Part shown: one piece after another, positions 1 through 9,115 of the stretch
How positions within the stretch are numbered: the stretch's first letter is position 1
How the letters are laid out: every line of letters begins with the position of its first letter
Source of the DNA: Armatimonadota bacterium
GTDB lineage: Bacteria > Armatimonadota > HRBIN16
Assembly: GCA_963677485.1 (NCBI GenBank)
Contig: OY781964.1
Location: 1,856,001-1,920,000, forward strand
Length of the DNA stretch: 64,000 bases
Direction: 5' to 3'
Program-made: the position numbers and the translations under genes
Notes under the pieces: generated by a model
The model's input: only the letters and a program-made list of their open reading frames with translations
Told to the model about the DNA's origin: nothing
Databases searched by the model: none

Positions 1-735
1 CAGCATCTGGTCCTCTTCGCCTTCATACTCGATGGAGACCGCTCCCTGGTAGTGGCTTTGCTGCAGCAGGCCCAGCAGATACTTATAATCCGCATCACGC
101 TCCTCGCCATTCGACAGGAAGTTTTGGCATTTCGCATGAACATGATACGCGTGTGGTGCCAGTTTCGCGCTCTCGGAGTTTCGCAGCTCGTTACTCCAGT
201 TGCCGAAGTCCAGGCAGGAGCCCACCCATTCTGGGTCTGTGCCGTTGATCACCTTCAGGATGGTATCGGCCTTCAGGCTGACGCCACCGTGGTTCTCGAT
301 CGTGATCTTCACATTCAACTGCTTGGCTACGGGAAGAATCTGGTTATAGGCATCCACGCACCGCTCAACCCCCACGGTGTCGTCCAGCTCTTCGCTGCCC
401 AGTCCGCCAAGGTTGATGCGCACAATCGGGGCTCCCAGGTAAGCGGCCGCTTTCAACTGCTCGATATCTTCCGCAATCTGTTTGTCGCGCGCTTTATCGT
501 CTAGTGTCGCGATGTTGCCCTCTATGATAAAGCCGGTAATCACCACACCGGCATCGGCACACGCCTTCTTGATGCTGTCCAGATAGGCGGTATCGTAACT
601 CTTCATCCATATGGAGTTATAGGTAATGCCAGCAATTCCCATCTGCTTGAGTGCCTGGGGTGCAGTCAGATAATCCAGCCTGCCATTGTTGAAGTAGTCA
701 CGCAGACTATAGGTGTCACATGAAAGAATTGGCAT
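1..735 (-). CDS. Sugar phosphate isomerase/epimerase (xylose-isomerase-like TIM barrel), 3' end runs off the window
   Basis: Not in the ORF track. Hand translation from ATG at 735 gives MPILSCDTYSLRDYF...ITIENHGG...LDFGNW...HVHAK...VSIEYEG, the typical ENH/DxGN/HxK/SIE motifs. RBS AGGAAGGA lies upstream. Confidence 0.85.
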   Translation of the reverse strand, partial: MPILSCDTYSLRDYFNNGRLDYLTAPQALKQMGIAGITYNSIWMKSYDTAYLDSIKKACADAGVVITGFIIEGNIATLDDKARDKQIAEDIEQLKAAAYLGAPIVRINLGGLGSEELDDTVGVERCVDAYNQILPVAKQLNVKITIENHGGVSLKADTILKVINGTDPEWVGSCLDFGNWSNELRNSESAKLAPHAYHVHAKCQNFLSNGEERDADYKYLLGLLQQSHYQGAVSIEYEGEEDQML

Positions 736-1018
736 TAGGTGTTCCTTCCTGACGGTGGCCTCGCGGTGTAGTGAAATAGTGTGTGTCGACTGGTGCTCAT
801 CTGCATCAGCCCTTAATGCATATAGTAGCATATTATCGGCGGATCACAACGGTCTCAGCCTCGTGATCTCAAGCCAGTGACCATCGCCGAAATCTCGTTT
901 TGTTTACGCAGTCATGATACCGGGTTTCCATGCTTGAATACGGCTGAACTGGCATTCAATCACGATGACAAGTATCATGAAATTGACTTACATATATTAA
1001 GGTGGCATAATCCGCATC

Positions 1019-1951
1019 GTGTCTTCGCAACAATATCCCCTTTCAAAACGCATCCGCGCGACTGTTGGCACCTCGTTACTAATGGGCATCAGGCATATCG
1101 CGATGACGGCTCCCATCAAAAGCATGTATCGCTTTGGAGAACGGCTTGGTACAGTGGCTTATCACTGCAGCGGCAAGTATCGACGCATCGGCCTGCAGAA
1201 CATCATGACAGCCTACCCAGAAATGACAGAACAGCAAGCACGTGAGTTGCTGCAGAAAGTATTTCGCAACTTCGGCGTTTCGACAGTAGAATTTTTGATG
1301 GCTGATCGCTTTTCGGACAAGATGATGGCCGAAATGGTTGTGTTTGTGAATGAGCACTATCTGAAGGACGCGTATGCATTGGGCGAAGGTGTGCTGTTGA
1401 TCTCTGCCCATATGGGAAGCTGGGAGCTTTGCGCCCGGGCCCTGACCAGGCTACAGAGCATCCCGTTGACTGTGGTAGCGCGCGATGCCGATGACCCCGG
1501 TGCCACCTCGCTGGTGAATGCGATACGCGGACGATCGGGGTATAAAGTGATCCCTAAAGGTGGTTCCAGCGGCATCAAGATCATCCGGGCGTTAAAAGAA
1601 AAAGACGCTGTGGTGCTAATGAGCGACCAGAACAGCGATGATGTGTTTGTGCCGTTCTTCGGTAGGATGGCAGGATGTGTGGCCGGTCCAGCCAGGCTTG
1701 CACTTCGCTCCCACGGAGCGATTGTGCCGCTGTTCGCACGGCGGTGCGCTGACGGCACCCATATTTACGAATTCTGTAAGCCGATCATCGCAGCACCTAC
1801 CGGCGATAACAAGGCCGATGTGCTGCGCATCACCGCAGAAATCCAAAAAGTGATTGAAAGCCAGGTGCGCCTCTACCCCGACCAGTGGCTGTGGTTCCAT
1901 AACCGCTGGAAATGCCGTCCACCCGAAGAGGCCATACCCAGTGAAAGCTAG
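1019..1951 (+). CDS. Lipid A biosynthesis (lauroyl) acyltransferase / lysophospholipid acyltransferase family
   Basis: SAHMGSWE (Hx4E) motif, DQ motif, FVPFFG, C-terminal PDQWLWFHNRWK. Confidence 0.9.
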   Translation: MSSQQYPLSKRIRATVGTSLLMGIRHIAMTAPIKSMYRFGERLGTVAYHCSGKYRRIGLQNIMTAYPEMTEQQARELLQKVFRNFGVSTVEFLMADRFSDKMMAEMVVFVNEHYLKDAYALGEGVLLISAHMGSWELCARALTRLQSIPLTVVARDADDPGATSLVNAIRGRSGYKVIPKGGSSGIKIIRALKEKDAVVLMSDQNSDDVFVPFFGRMAGCVAGPARLALRSHGAIVPLFARRCADGTHIYEFCKPIIAAPTGDNKADVLRITAEIQKVIESQVRLYPDQWLWFHNRWKCRPPEEAIPSES

Positions 1952-3005
1952 ACCTCGAATTGAGGATATTGACCGTCTTGCCATCGTAAAGCTGAGTGCT
2001 ATTGGCGACATGGTGCATGCTCTGCCGGTGTTGGCAGCATTGAAGAAGGCCAAGCCTCAGATGCAAATCAGCTGGATTGTAGACGAACGATACGCCAGCC
2101 TGCTGACCGACCACCCGCTTCTTCATGAGGTCATCGTGTTGCCAGTAAAACGCTGGCAGCGCGGTTTTAACAAAGCCAGTACCTGGCGTGAAATCGGGCG
2201 TGCCTCGCGTAGACTGCGGAAAGCGAAATTCCAACTCACGATTGACATCCAGGGGCTTGCCAAAAGTGCATTGATGGCTTTGCTCACCGGTGCGAAAACA
2301 CGGATCGGTCACAGCGATCAGCGCGAGGGCAGCCATCTGCTGAACACCGCCGTGCCGCGGGTGGGTCATGCCACCCATGTGACTGACAGCTACCTGGATA
2401 TCCTGCGCTACCTTGGCGTGCCAGCAGAGCCTGTGGAGTTTCCGATCTATATCGACCCTAAATCCAAAGCAGAAGTCGTGAACCTCATCACAGAGACAGG
2501 GGTCGATACAGCCAAACTCATTACCATCAACCCCTCCGCCGGACAACCGCAGAAGCGATGGGCACCAGAGTGTTTCGCTAAGACTGCTGACATCCTGAGT
2601 GCTGAGGGATACGATGTGGTGTTTGTGGGCAGCCCCGGCGATAAGCCCTTAGTGCAGCAGATTGTGGCACAATGCCACCAAAAGGTGTACGATTTTAGTG
2701 GCAGAACCAGCCTCAAGGCACTCGCAGAACTGCTGCGCATCAGTATGATGCATATCTGCGGTGATACGGGCTCTGCACACATCGCCAGCGGGCTTGGAAC
2801 CGCGGTCCTTGGGCTTTACGGCCCCACCAATCCGTCTCGCAGTCACCCTTGGGGCCAGCAGCATCATGTAGTCAGCCATTATGGTTGCTGCGAAGACTGC
2901 AACTGCCGTTTTCATTGCAAACTTCGAATTTGTATGGATAGAATAAGCGTAGACGAAGTGATAGATATGGCCCATGTAATAATCAACGAGGTGCGGCATG
3001 ATTGA
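1941..3005 (+). CDS. GT9 LPS heptosyltransferase (WaaC/WaaF-like)
   Basis: KLSAIGDMVH, IDIQGLAKS, KRW, GDTGSAH, LYGPT. Start reassigned to the in-frame GTG at 1941, which overlaps the upstream gene end. Confidence 0.9.
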   Translation: MKARPRIEDIDRLAIVKLSAIGDMVHALPVLAALKKAKPQMQISWIVDERYASLLTDHPLLHEVIVLPVKRWQRGFNKASTWREIGRASRRLRKAKFQLTIDIQGLAKSALMALLTGAKTRIGHSDQREGSHLLNTAVPRVGHATHVTDSYLDILRYLGVPAEPVEFPIYIDPKSKAEVVNLITETGVDTAKLITINPSAGQPQKRWAPECFAKTADILSAEGYDVVFVGSPGDKPLVQQIVAQCHQKVYDFSGRTSLKALAELLRISMMHICGDTGSAHIASGLGTAVLGLYGPTNPSRSHPWGQQHHVVSHYGCCEDCNCRFHCKLRICMDRISVDEVIDMAHVIINEVRHD

Positions 3006-4059
3006 TCCCAGCAATCAAAAGATTCTGGTTAGCGTGAAGTCTAGATATATAGTAGACACGATACTTGCGTTGCCTGCAATCAGGGCAATTCGCAAACAAT
3101 ACCCACAGACGCACATCACACTTTTTTCGGGCCCATGGGCAGGTGAAATCCTGCGTGGATGCCCCTATATTGACGAGTATCTGTTCCGATCCCCAAGCCA
3201 CCAACGAAAGAACGATCTTGAGATGATCAAGATCATGGGTAAGCAGCATTTTACGACCGCCGCTCTGTTCAACCGATCCTTTAGCAGCGGTTTACTGGCC
3301 TGGATGGTGGGTATTCCCGAGCGCGTCGGTTTTGACACCGAGATGCGCGGCCATCTGCTGACAGAACGTGTGGCCTATGATGCCAATTTGCATGAAATAG
3401 ACAACCTGCTGCGGATTGCGGTGGCCTGCGGAGTGGACAACACCGACCATCTTTCCCGCAACACCGAACTTTGGATCGACCCCAACGAAAGCCAGCATAT
3501 GCGGGAATGGCTGATGCACGAAGGTTGGAATGGAACCAGCCCGATTATGGTATTGCAACCAGACTCCCAAGAGGTGGCCACCAAACGCTGGGATGTTGCT
3601 AAATACATCGAAGTAGCCAAGGCGTTGCAGAAAAAAGTGGGTTATCAAATCGTGCTGATCGGGCGTGAAGGCGAACTCGAATGCTCACGCCAGATGCAGC
3701 AGGAGCTGGGCCCTGATACGATCAACCTGATCACCCGCATCCGCCTGCGTGAGACGCTGGCACTGCTGCACTTCACCGACCTGCTGCTGGGCTGTGAGAG
3801 CGGGCTGCTTCACGCCGCCATCGCCACCCGCACCCCTACACTTAGTATCTTCGCCCCCCACCGTGTCAAACAGTATGGGTATAACCGGGCGGCCAACCGG
3901 CTGATCTATCATGATGTAGCCGCTGGAACACCCATCAGCGAACAAGCGATCATTGACAGCCTTCAGTCCATCACTGTAGACGAGGTGCTCGCCTTGGCAG
4001 ACAAGCTGATTGAGGTATGGCAGCAAAGCTACGTGCCGGGTATGCCGCACGTTCAGTAG
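2998..4059 (+). CDS. GT9 glycosyltransferase (heptosyltransferase II-like, divergent)
   Basis: RVGF, HEID, KRW, ESGLLHAA. Overlaps the previous GT9 gene. Confidence 0.85.
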   Translation: MIDPSNQKILVSVKSRYIVDTILALPAIRAIRKQYPQTHITLFSGPWAGEILRGCPYIDEYLFRSPSHQRKNDLEMIKIMGKQHFTTAALFNRSFSSGLLAWMVGIPERVGFDTEMRGHLLTERVAYDANLHEIDNLLRIAVACGVDNTDHLSRNTELWIDPNESQHMREWLMHEGWNGTSPIMVLQPDSQEVATKRWDVAKYIEVAKALQKKVGYQIVLIGREGELECSRQMQQELGPDTINLITRIRLRETLALLHFTDLLLGCESGLLHAAIATRTPTLSIFAPHRVKQYGYNRAANRLIYHDVAAGTPISEQAIIDSLQSITVDEVLALADKLIEVWQQSYVPGMPHVQ

Positions 4060-4101
4060 CGTGGTGATAACCGCGTAGATACGGCATCCTCTGTGACCTA
4101 T

Positions 4102-4140
4102 GACCGGGGCGGTTTTCCCTAACCGCCCCGGTCTTTTTTC
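4102..4140 (+). terminator. Intrinsic terminator-like hairpin built from repeat family A
   Basis: GACCGGGGCGGTT-ttccct-AACCGCCCCGGTC followed by a T run, downstream of the GT9 operon. Confidence 0.65.
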
Positions 4141-4307
4141 CGCCACAAATCTATCACAGTCATCCGCCAGACCGCCCCGGACATAGGCAACGCTATGCGA
4201 AATGAAACAGTTTAGCCTTGATGTTCAGTATAATATATATTGCACATCAGCAATATTCCGCTAATCATGCGTACATCCGCACCCCCTGGAAGGAGGTGAA
4301 GCAAAGC

Positions 4308-5666
4308 TTGAGCAAACGTCACATTCTGTTCCGAGTGAGTCTATGGGGACTCGTGCTCATAGCCTGCTTCATGGTAGTCAACAGGGGATCATCATACTAC
4401 CGTCACGCCGCTGAGGTAACTCAGCAAGAAGTTGATGCACTTCCTTCGCTGCCTGCTATCACTGCAAAGGACCGCATACTCATTTTTTCGCCGCACCCGG
4501 ATGACGAAACACTCGCATGTTCAGGCTTGATCCAAAAGGCTCATAAGGCCGGTGCTGCGTTCCACGTCGCTTTCATGACCAATGGCGACGCATTCCGCGC
4601 AGAGATGCAGGTGCTGTACAAAACCGTCCGGATCACCCCTCAGATTTCGCGTCAGTTCGGGCTGCACCGCCAAACCGAGGCGTTGAATGCGGTCAAACGA
4701 AGCGGATGCACCGAGGAGCAGGTCACTTTCCTTGGGTATCCTGACAAAGGCCTAATGCCAATATGGGAAAAGAACTGGGTACCTTCAGGTGCCTATCTCT
4801 CGGCATTCACGAAAACCAGGGTGAACCCTTATGATAATTCACCAAGTGCGGGCCTGACCTATTGCGGCCAAAACCTGCTGCATGATGTGGAGACGCTGCT
4901 TAGGGAATATCGACCAAACAAGATATTTGTCGTCATGCCTGGGGACGACCATTCAGACCATGCCGGAACGACCATGTTCGTCACAGCCGCGATGGCTCGC
5001 CTGGCGAAAGAGAAGACACCTTTCACCTCTGACTGCCGCATGTTCGGTTATATGGTTCATTTTGGTGACTGGCCATATCCGCAGGGATACCGTCCAGATA
5101 GGTATTCGGCACCGCCTAGTGCGTTGATGGGCATCGGCTATAAGTGGTATAAACTGCCGCTCAGCCCCGAAGAGGTCGCGACCAAGAACCAGTCCTTAGG
5201 GCAGTATAAATCGCAGCTTCAGCTATGCGAGAGGTTTCTGCGCAGTTTCGTCCGCACGAATGAGCAGTTTGTCCAATTACCGCTGACAATCACCGCCAAT
5301 AAACCGGTGATGTGCAAAGAGCCAATCAATGAAGACCTGATGCCCATGCTGCAGCCTGGCGCAGATATCAAAAGTGTCAGTTTTTACCGTAATAAGAACA
5401 ACTTGAATGTCACGTTATATCTGAAAGAACAAGCACCAAAAGGCGCCAGATACCGATGTGTGGTCAGAGCATTGGACGATCGTCCCTTCCCGCCCAATAT
5501 GGTCTACAGTCAAGATGTGTCCATTGGTATGAAAACTCAAAACTCCACCAACCAGATTAAGTTCGAGTTTACCGACGTGCCTTCCCAACCTCTGTTGGGC
5601 ATCACCGCCAACAGCTATGTGGCGCAGGTGAAGGTAGACAAGATCATGGAACGATTCATCCAGTAG
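4308..5666 (+). CDS. PIG-L/LmbE family deacetylase with N-terminal membrane anchor
   Basis: PHPDDE, TNGD, LGYPD, DDHSDH. TTG start at 4308 follows AGGAGG at 4291-4296. Confidence 0.85.
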   Translation: MSKRHILFRVSLWGLVLIACFMVVNRGSSYYRHAAEVTQQEVDALPSLPAITAKDRILIFSPHPDDETLACSGLIQKAHKAGAAFHVAFMTNGDAFRAEMQVLYKTVRITPQISRQFGLHRQTEALNAVKRSGCTEEQVTFLGYPDKGLMPIWEKNWVPSGAYLSAFTKTRVNPYDNSPSAGLTYCGQNLLHDVETLLREYRPNKIFVVMPGDDHSDHAGTTMFVTAAMARLAKEKTPFTSDCRMFGYMVHFGDWPYPQGYRPDRYSAPPSALMGIGYKWYKLPLSPEEVATKNQSLGQYKSQLQLCERFLRSFVRTNEQFVQLPLTITANKPVMCKEPINEDLMPMLQPGADIKSVSFYRNKNNLNVTLYLKEQAPKGARYRCVVRALDDRPFPPNMVYSQDVSIGMKTQNSTNQIKFEFTDVPSQPLLGITANSYVAQVKVDKIMERFIQ

Positions 5667-5696
5667 CCCCCGCACCAACCCCCTCATTCTTCCTAT

Positions 5697-5950
5697 TAAC
5701 CGCGAATGAACACGAATGAACGCGAATGGGAAAATCACACCAACCCCCGTCCTGCTCGTCCTACTCATCTTCCTCGTCCTGCTTGGGTTTTTATTATAAC
5801 CGCGAATGAACACGGATGAACGCGAATGGGGAGGGAAGTGCCAATCGGGGGATTGGCGTTCCCAGGGGTGTCACCAGACGGTGCTCCTTTGCGTCATTGC
5901 ACCCTTGCGCCTTTGCGTTGGATCCCTTCGGGAGATTGGCGTGCCCAGGA
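5697..5950. repeat. Mosaic intergenic repeat cluster (family B)
   Basis: TAACCGCGAATGAACACG(A/G)ATGAACGCGAATGGG occurs at ~5698 and ~5798. GCCAATCGGGGGATTGGCGTTCCCAGG-type hairpins occur at ~5840 and ~5930. The same modules recur at 17063-17132. Confidence 0.75.
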
Positions 5951-6208
5951 CTGCACACCTCAACAATACCAGCTTTCTCTTTCATATCGTGAAATTCATC
6001 CTTTACGCGTCCATATTTCCAGAAATTCCATACAGCCTAAAAGGTATACTTCAGATACCATCGCTTCCGACGCTCTATCTCATGCTATCAGCGATGGCTT
6101 GAACAACCCGTATAGGAAGATATTTACATAAACAACGAATACGCGCCGTCCGAACCCGAGAACCATCCGCAAGATGCCTCCCGCAACTCCACGGAGCCGT
6201 TTGTTCGT

Positions 6209-9115
6209 GTGCCCATAGTGGGCATCGGAGCCTCTGCTGGCGGATTGGAAGCGTTGAGCTTGTTCCTGTCACACGCACCAGATGACAGTGGAATGGCCTT
6301 TGTAGTCATCCAACACCTCGACCCCACCCATATGGGCATGTTGTCGGATTTGCTGCAGCGAGCGACCTCAATGAAGGTGACGCAAGTATATGACCAACTG
6401 ACTGTAGAGCCGAATTGCGTATATGTCATTCCCCCAGGCAAAAGCATGACCGTGCAGCGGTGTATACTCCATCTGCTCGAGCCTATGGCACCCAGGGGGT
6501 TGCGTCTGCCCATCGATAGTTTCCTGAAGTCACTGGCGGAGGACCAACAGCAGCACGCTGTGGCGGTGATCCTGTCGGGTATGGGATCCGATGGTACCGC
6601 TGGGATACGTGCGATCAAAGATAGAGCGGGGCTGGTGTTGGTACAAACCCCAGAAACAGCCAAGTTTGACGGAATGCCCCGGAGTGCTATAGATTCAGGC
6701 CTTACAGATATCGTCGCTCCGGCAGAGGAGCTTGCGGGTCGTATAGTTGCATTTCGTGAGCTTGGCACTGATATGGCTGAGCCAGATGCTGAGGTTGACG
6801 ATAAATCAAGCACCAACCTGGAGAAAGTCATCGCCCTGCTCCGCACACATTCTGGCCACGACTTCACTCAGTATAAGAAAAGCACCCTATACCGCAGAAT
6901 AGAGCGGCGAATGGGCATCCACCAGATACACGGTATCAGCCAGTATGTCAGCTTTTTGCAGGATAATCCCGCGGAAGTTGGGCTGTTATTCAAAGAGCTG
7001 CTGATCGGTGTCACCTCGTTTTTCCGTGATCCTGACGAATGGGCCAACCTGAAAGATATGATCATCCATCCGCGGCTCTCGGATAAAAAAAGCAGCCACG
7101 AGCTGCGAGCCTGGGTCGCTGGCTGCTCTACAGGTGAGGAAGCCTATACACTGGCGATGGTCTTTAAAGAGGCCGTCGACCAAACCGCGCCCTCTGGTAG
7201 ATGCACCCTCAAGATATTCGCGACCGACTTGGACAAGGATGCGATAGAACGCGCCCGACAAGGCCTGTATCCTCAGAGCATCGCTGACGATGTGTCACTG
7301 GAACGCATAGCCCGTTTCTTTACTGAAGATCAGGGGCAGTACCGTGTGAACGCGGAGATCCGCGAGATGGTCATCTTTGCACCTCAGAACGTCGTCAAAG
7401 ACCCGCCGTTCACTCGTATGAACATCGTCACGTGCCGAAACCTGTTGATCTATATGGAGCAGGAGTTACAGAAGCTGGTTTTGCGGCTATTTCACTATAG
7501 CTTGCTGCCGGAAGGCGCGCTTCTGCTGGGCAGTGCCGAAACCACCAGTGGAACCCCCGATCTGTTCCGACAGATGGATGGCAAGACCAGGCTCTACCGA
7601 CGATTATCCCCGGTGGTACCACCTGATCTACTCGACTTTCCCCGCAGTGTGTTTCCCACCCAAACAGGGCAGCCGACTGCCATTGGAACCCGTTTATCGA
7701 CGGGTAACATACAGATGCTTGCTGACCAGTTGTTGTTACGAAGTTACACGCCCGCCTCTGTGCTGGTAAACGGCCAGGGCGATGTGTTGTATATCTGCGG
7801 TCACACAGGCAAATTCCTCGAACCAGCCGCAGGCAAGGCCAACTGGAACATCTTCGCGATGGCCAGAGATGACATCCGATACGAGCTGGCCAGTGCATTC
7901 CAAAAGGTGATTAAGCAAAAGACGACCATCTCAATCAAAGGCTTGAAGCTCAAGACAGATACAGAGAACCATCGCCTGGACATCAGCCTGCAGTGGATTC
8001 AGGAGCCTGTCGGCCTTCGAGGCATGGTCATGATAGTCTTTCATGAGATGCTCGCAGTCCAGACATCCAATACGAGTCAGCGCAACCTGAAACCTACCCG
8101 GTCACACTCGAAAACCGCCCTTCTGGAAACCGAGCTGCTGCATACACGTGAAGAGCTGCAAGGTGTGCAGGAACAGATGCAGGCCTCAAACGAAGAGCTA
8201 AGGTCCGCGAATGAGGAGTTACAATCAACCAATGAGGAGATACAGTCCACCAATGAAGAGCTGACGACTTCACGTGAAGAGATGCAGTCGCTCAATGAGG
8301 AGCTTCAGACGGTGAATACCGAGCTGCAGGGGAAAGTAGATGAGTTGTCACGCTCAAGCGACGATATGAAGAACCTGCTGAACAGCACCGACATCGCGAC
8401 GGTCTTCCTCGACAACAAACTGCTGGTCCGCCGGTTTACTTATCAGGCCACGAAAATCATGCGGTTGATCCCGTCCGATGTGGGACGTCCGGTCACGGAC
8501 ATCACCTCAGACCTGCTATATGATGGTCTCACAGATGATGCTCAGGGTGTGTTACGCACCCTGGTGTTTAGCCTCAAGCAGATTCCGACGCGTGATGGCC
8601 GATGGTATTCCGTCAGAATCATGCCCTATCGAACGGTGGACGATCGAATCGACGGGGTAGTGATCACCCTTTCCGATATCTCTGCGGCGAAGGCTTTGGA
8701 GGCGGAACTCAGGCTGAAGGCTGACCGCATCAAGAACATTCTGAACTGCACCAGTGATGGCTACATATCGCTTGACAGCCAACTGCGGGTAAGTTATCTC
8801 AACACGATAGCGGAACAGCTCCTGCATCGTAACAGCGATGCTTCCGTCGGTATCAGCATATACGATCTGTGCCCGTTGATCAAGGGATCCGTTTTTGACG
8901 AGATGCTAGTGAAAGCTCTCAATACTAAAGAGCAATCCTCATGTGACCCACAAATCCAAATCGAGCCGTTCGACGAATGTAAAACATTACGCATCTATCC
9001 CGAGGTTGACGGAATTTCCGTCTTCTTTCAGGCGAATATTGCAATAGAACCTGAGGAGAACCCCTTGGACAGGCGGCTCTCCGCATCTACAGACAACGGC
9101 CCGCTAAGGAATTGA
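6209..9115 (+). CDS. CheB methylesterase / CheR methyltransferase fusion with coiled coil and PAS domains
   Basis: CheB GASAGG, QHLDP, GSDG; CheR IGVTSFFRD, AGCSTGEEAY, CRNLLIY; NEELQS heptads; C-terminal PAS. Confidence 0.93.
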   Translation: MPIVGIGASAGGLEALSLFLSHAPDDSGMAFVVIQHLDPTHMGMLSDLLQRATSMKVTQVYDQLTVEPNCVYVIPPGKSMTVQRCILHLLEPMAPRGLRLPIDSFLKSLAEDQQQHAVAVILSGMGSDGTAGIRAIKDRAGLVLVQTPETAKFDGMPRSAIDSGLTDIVAPAEELAGRIVAFRELGTDMAEPDAEVDDKSSTNLEKVIALLRTHSGHDFTQYKKSTLYRRIERRMGIHQIHGISQYVSFLQDNPAEVGLLFKELLIGVTSFFRDPDEWANLKDMIIHPRLSDKKSSHELRAWVAGCSTGEEAYTLAMVFKEAVDQTAPSGRCTLKIFATDLDKDAIERARQGLYPQSIADDVSLERIARFFTEDQGQYRVNAEIREMVIFAPQNVVKDPPFTRMNIVTCRNLLIYMEQELQKLVLRLFHYSLLPEGALLLGSAETTSGTPDLFRQMDGKTRLYRRLSPVVPPDLLDFPRSVFPTQTGQPTAIGTRLSTGNIQMLADQLLLRSYTPASVLVNGQGDVLYICGHTGKFLEPAAGKANWNIFAMARDDIRYELASAFQKVIKQKTTISIKGLKLKTDTENHRLDISLQWIQEPVGLRGMVMIVFHEMLAVQTSNTSQRNLKPTRSHSKTALLETELLHTREELQGVQEQMQASNEELRSANEELQSTNEEIQSTNEELTTSREEMQSLNEELQTVNTELQGKVDELSRSSDDMKNLLNSTDIATVFLDNKLLVRRFTYQATKIMRLIPSDVGRPVTDITSDLLYDGLTDDAQGVLRTLVFSLKQIPTRDGRWYSVRIMPYRTVDDRIDGVVITLSDISAAKALEAELRLKADRIKNILNCTSDGYISLDSQLRVSYLNTIAEQLLHRNSDASVGISIYDLCPLIKGSVFDEMLVKALNTKEQSSCDPQIQIEPFDECKTLRIYPEVDGISVFFQANIAIEPEENPLDRRLSASTDNGPLRN

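Noticed and set aside
6116-6211. Non-canonical ATA start at 6128 for the CheB/CheR gene
   Set aside because: The frame is open from 6116 with AGGA upstream, but GTG 6209 also has a GGAG RBS and begins right at the CheB domain. This cannot be decided from sequence.
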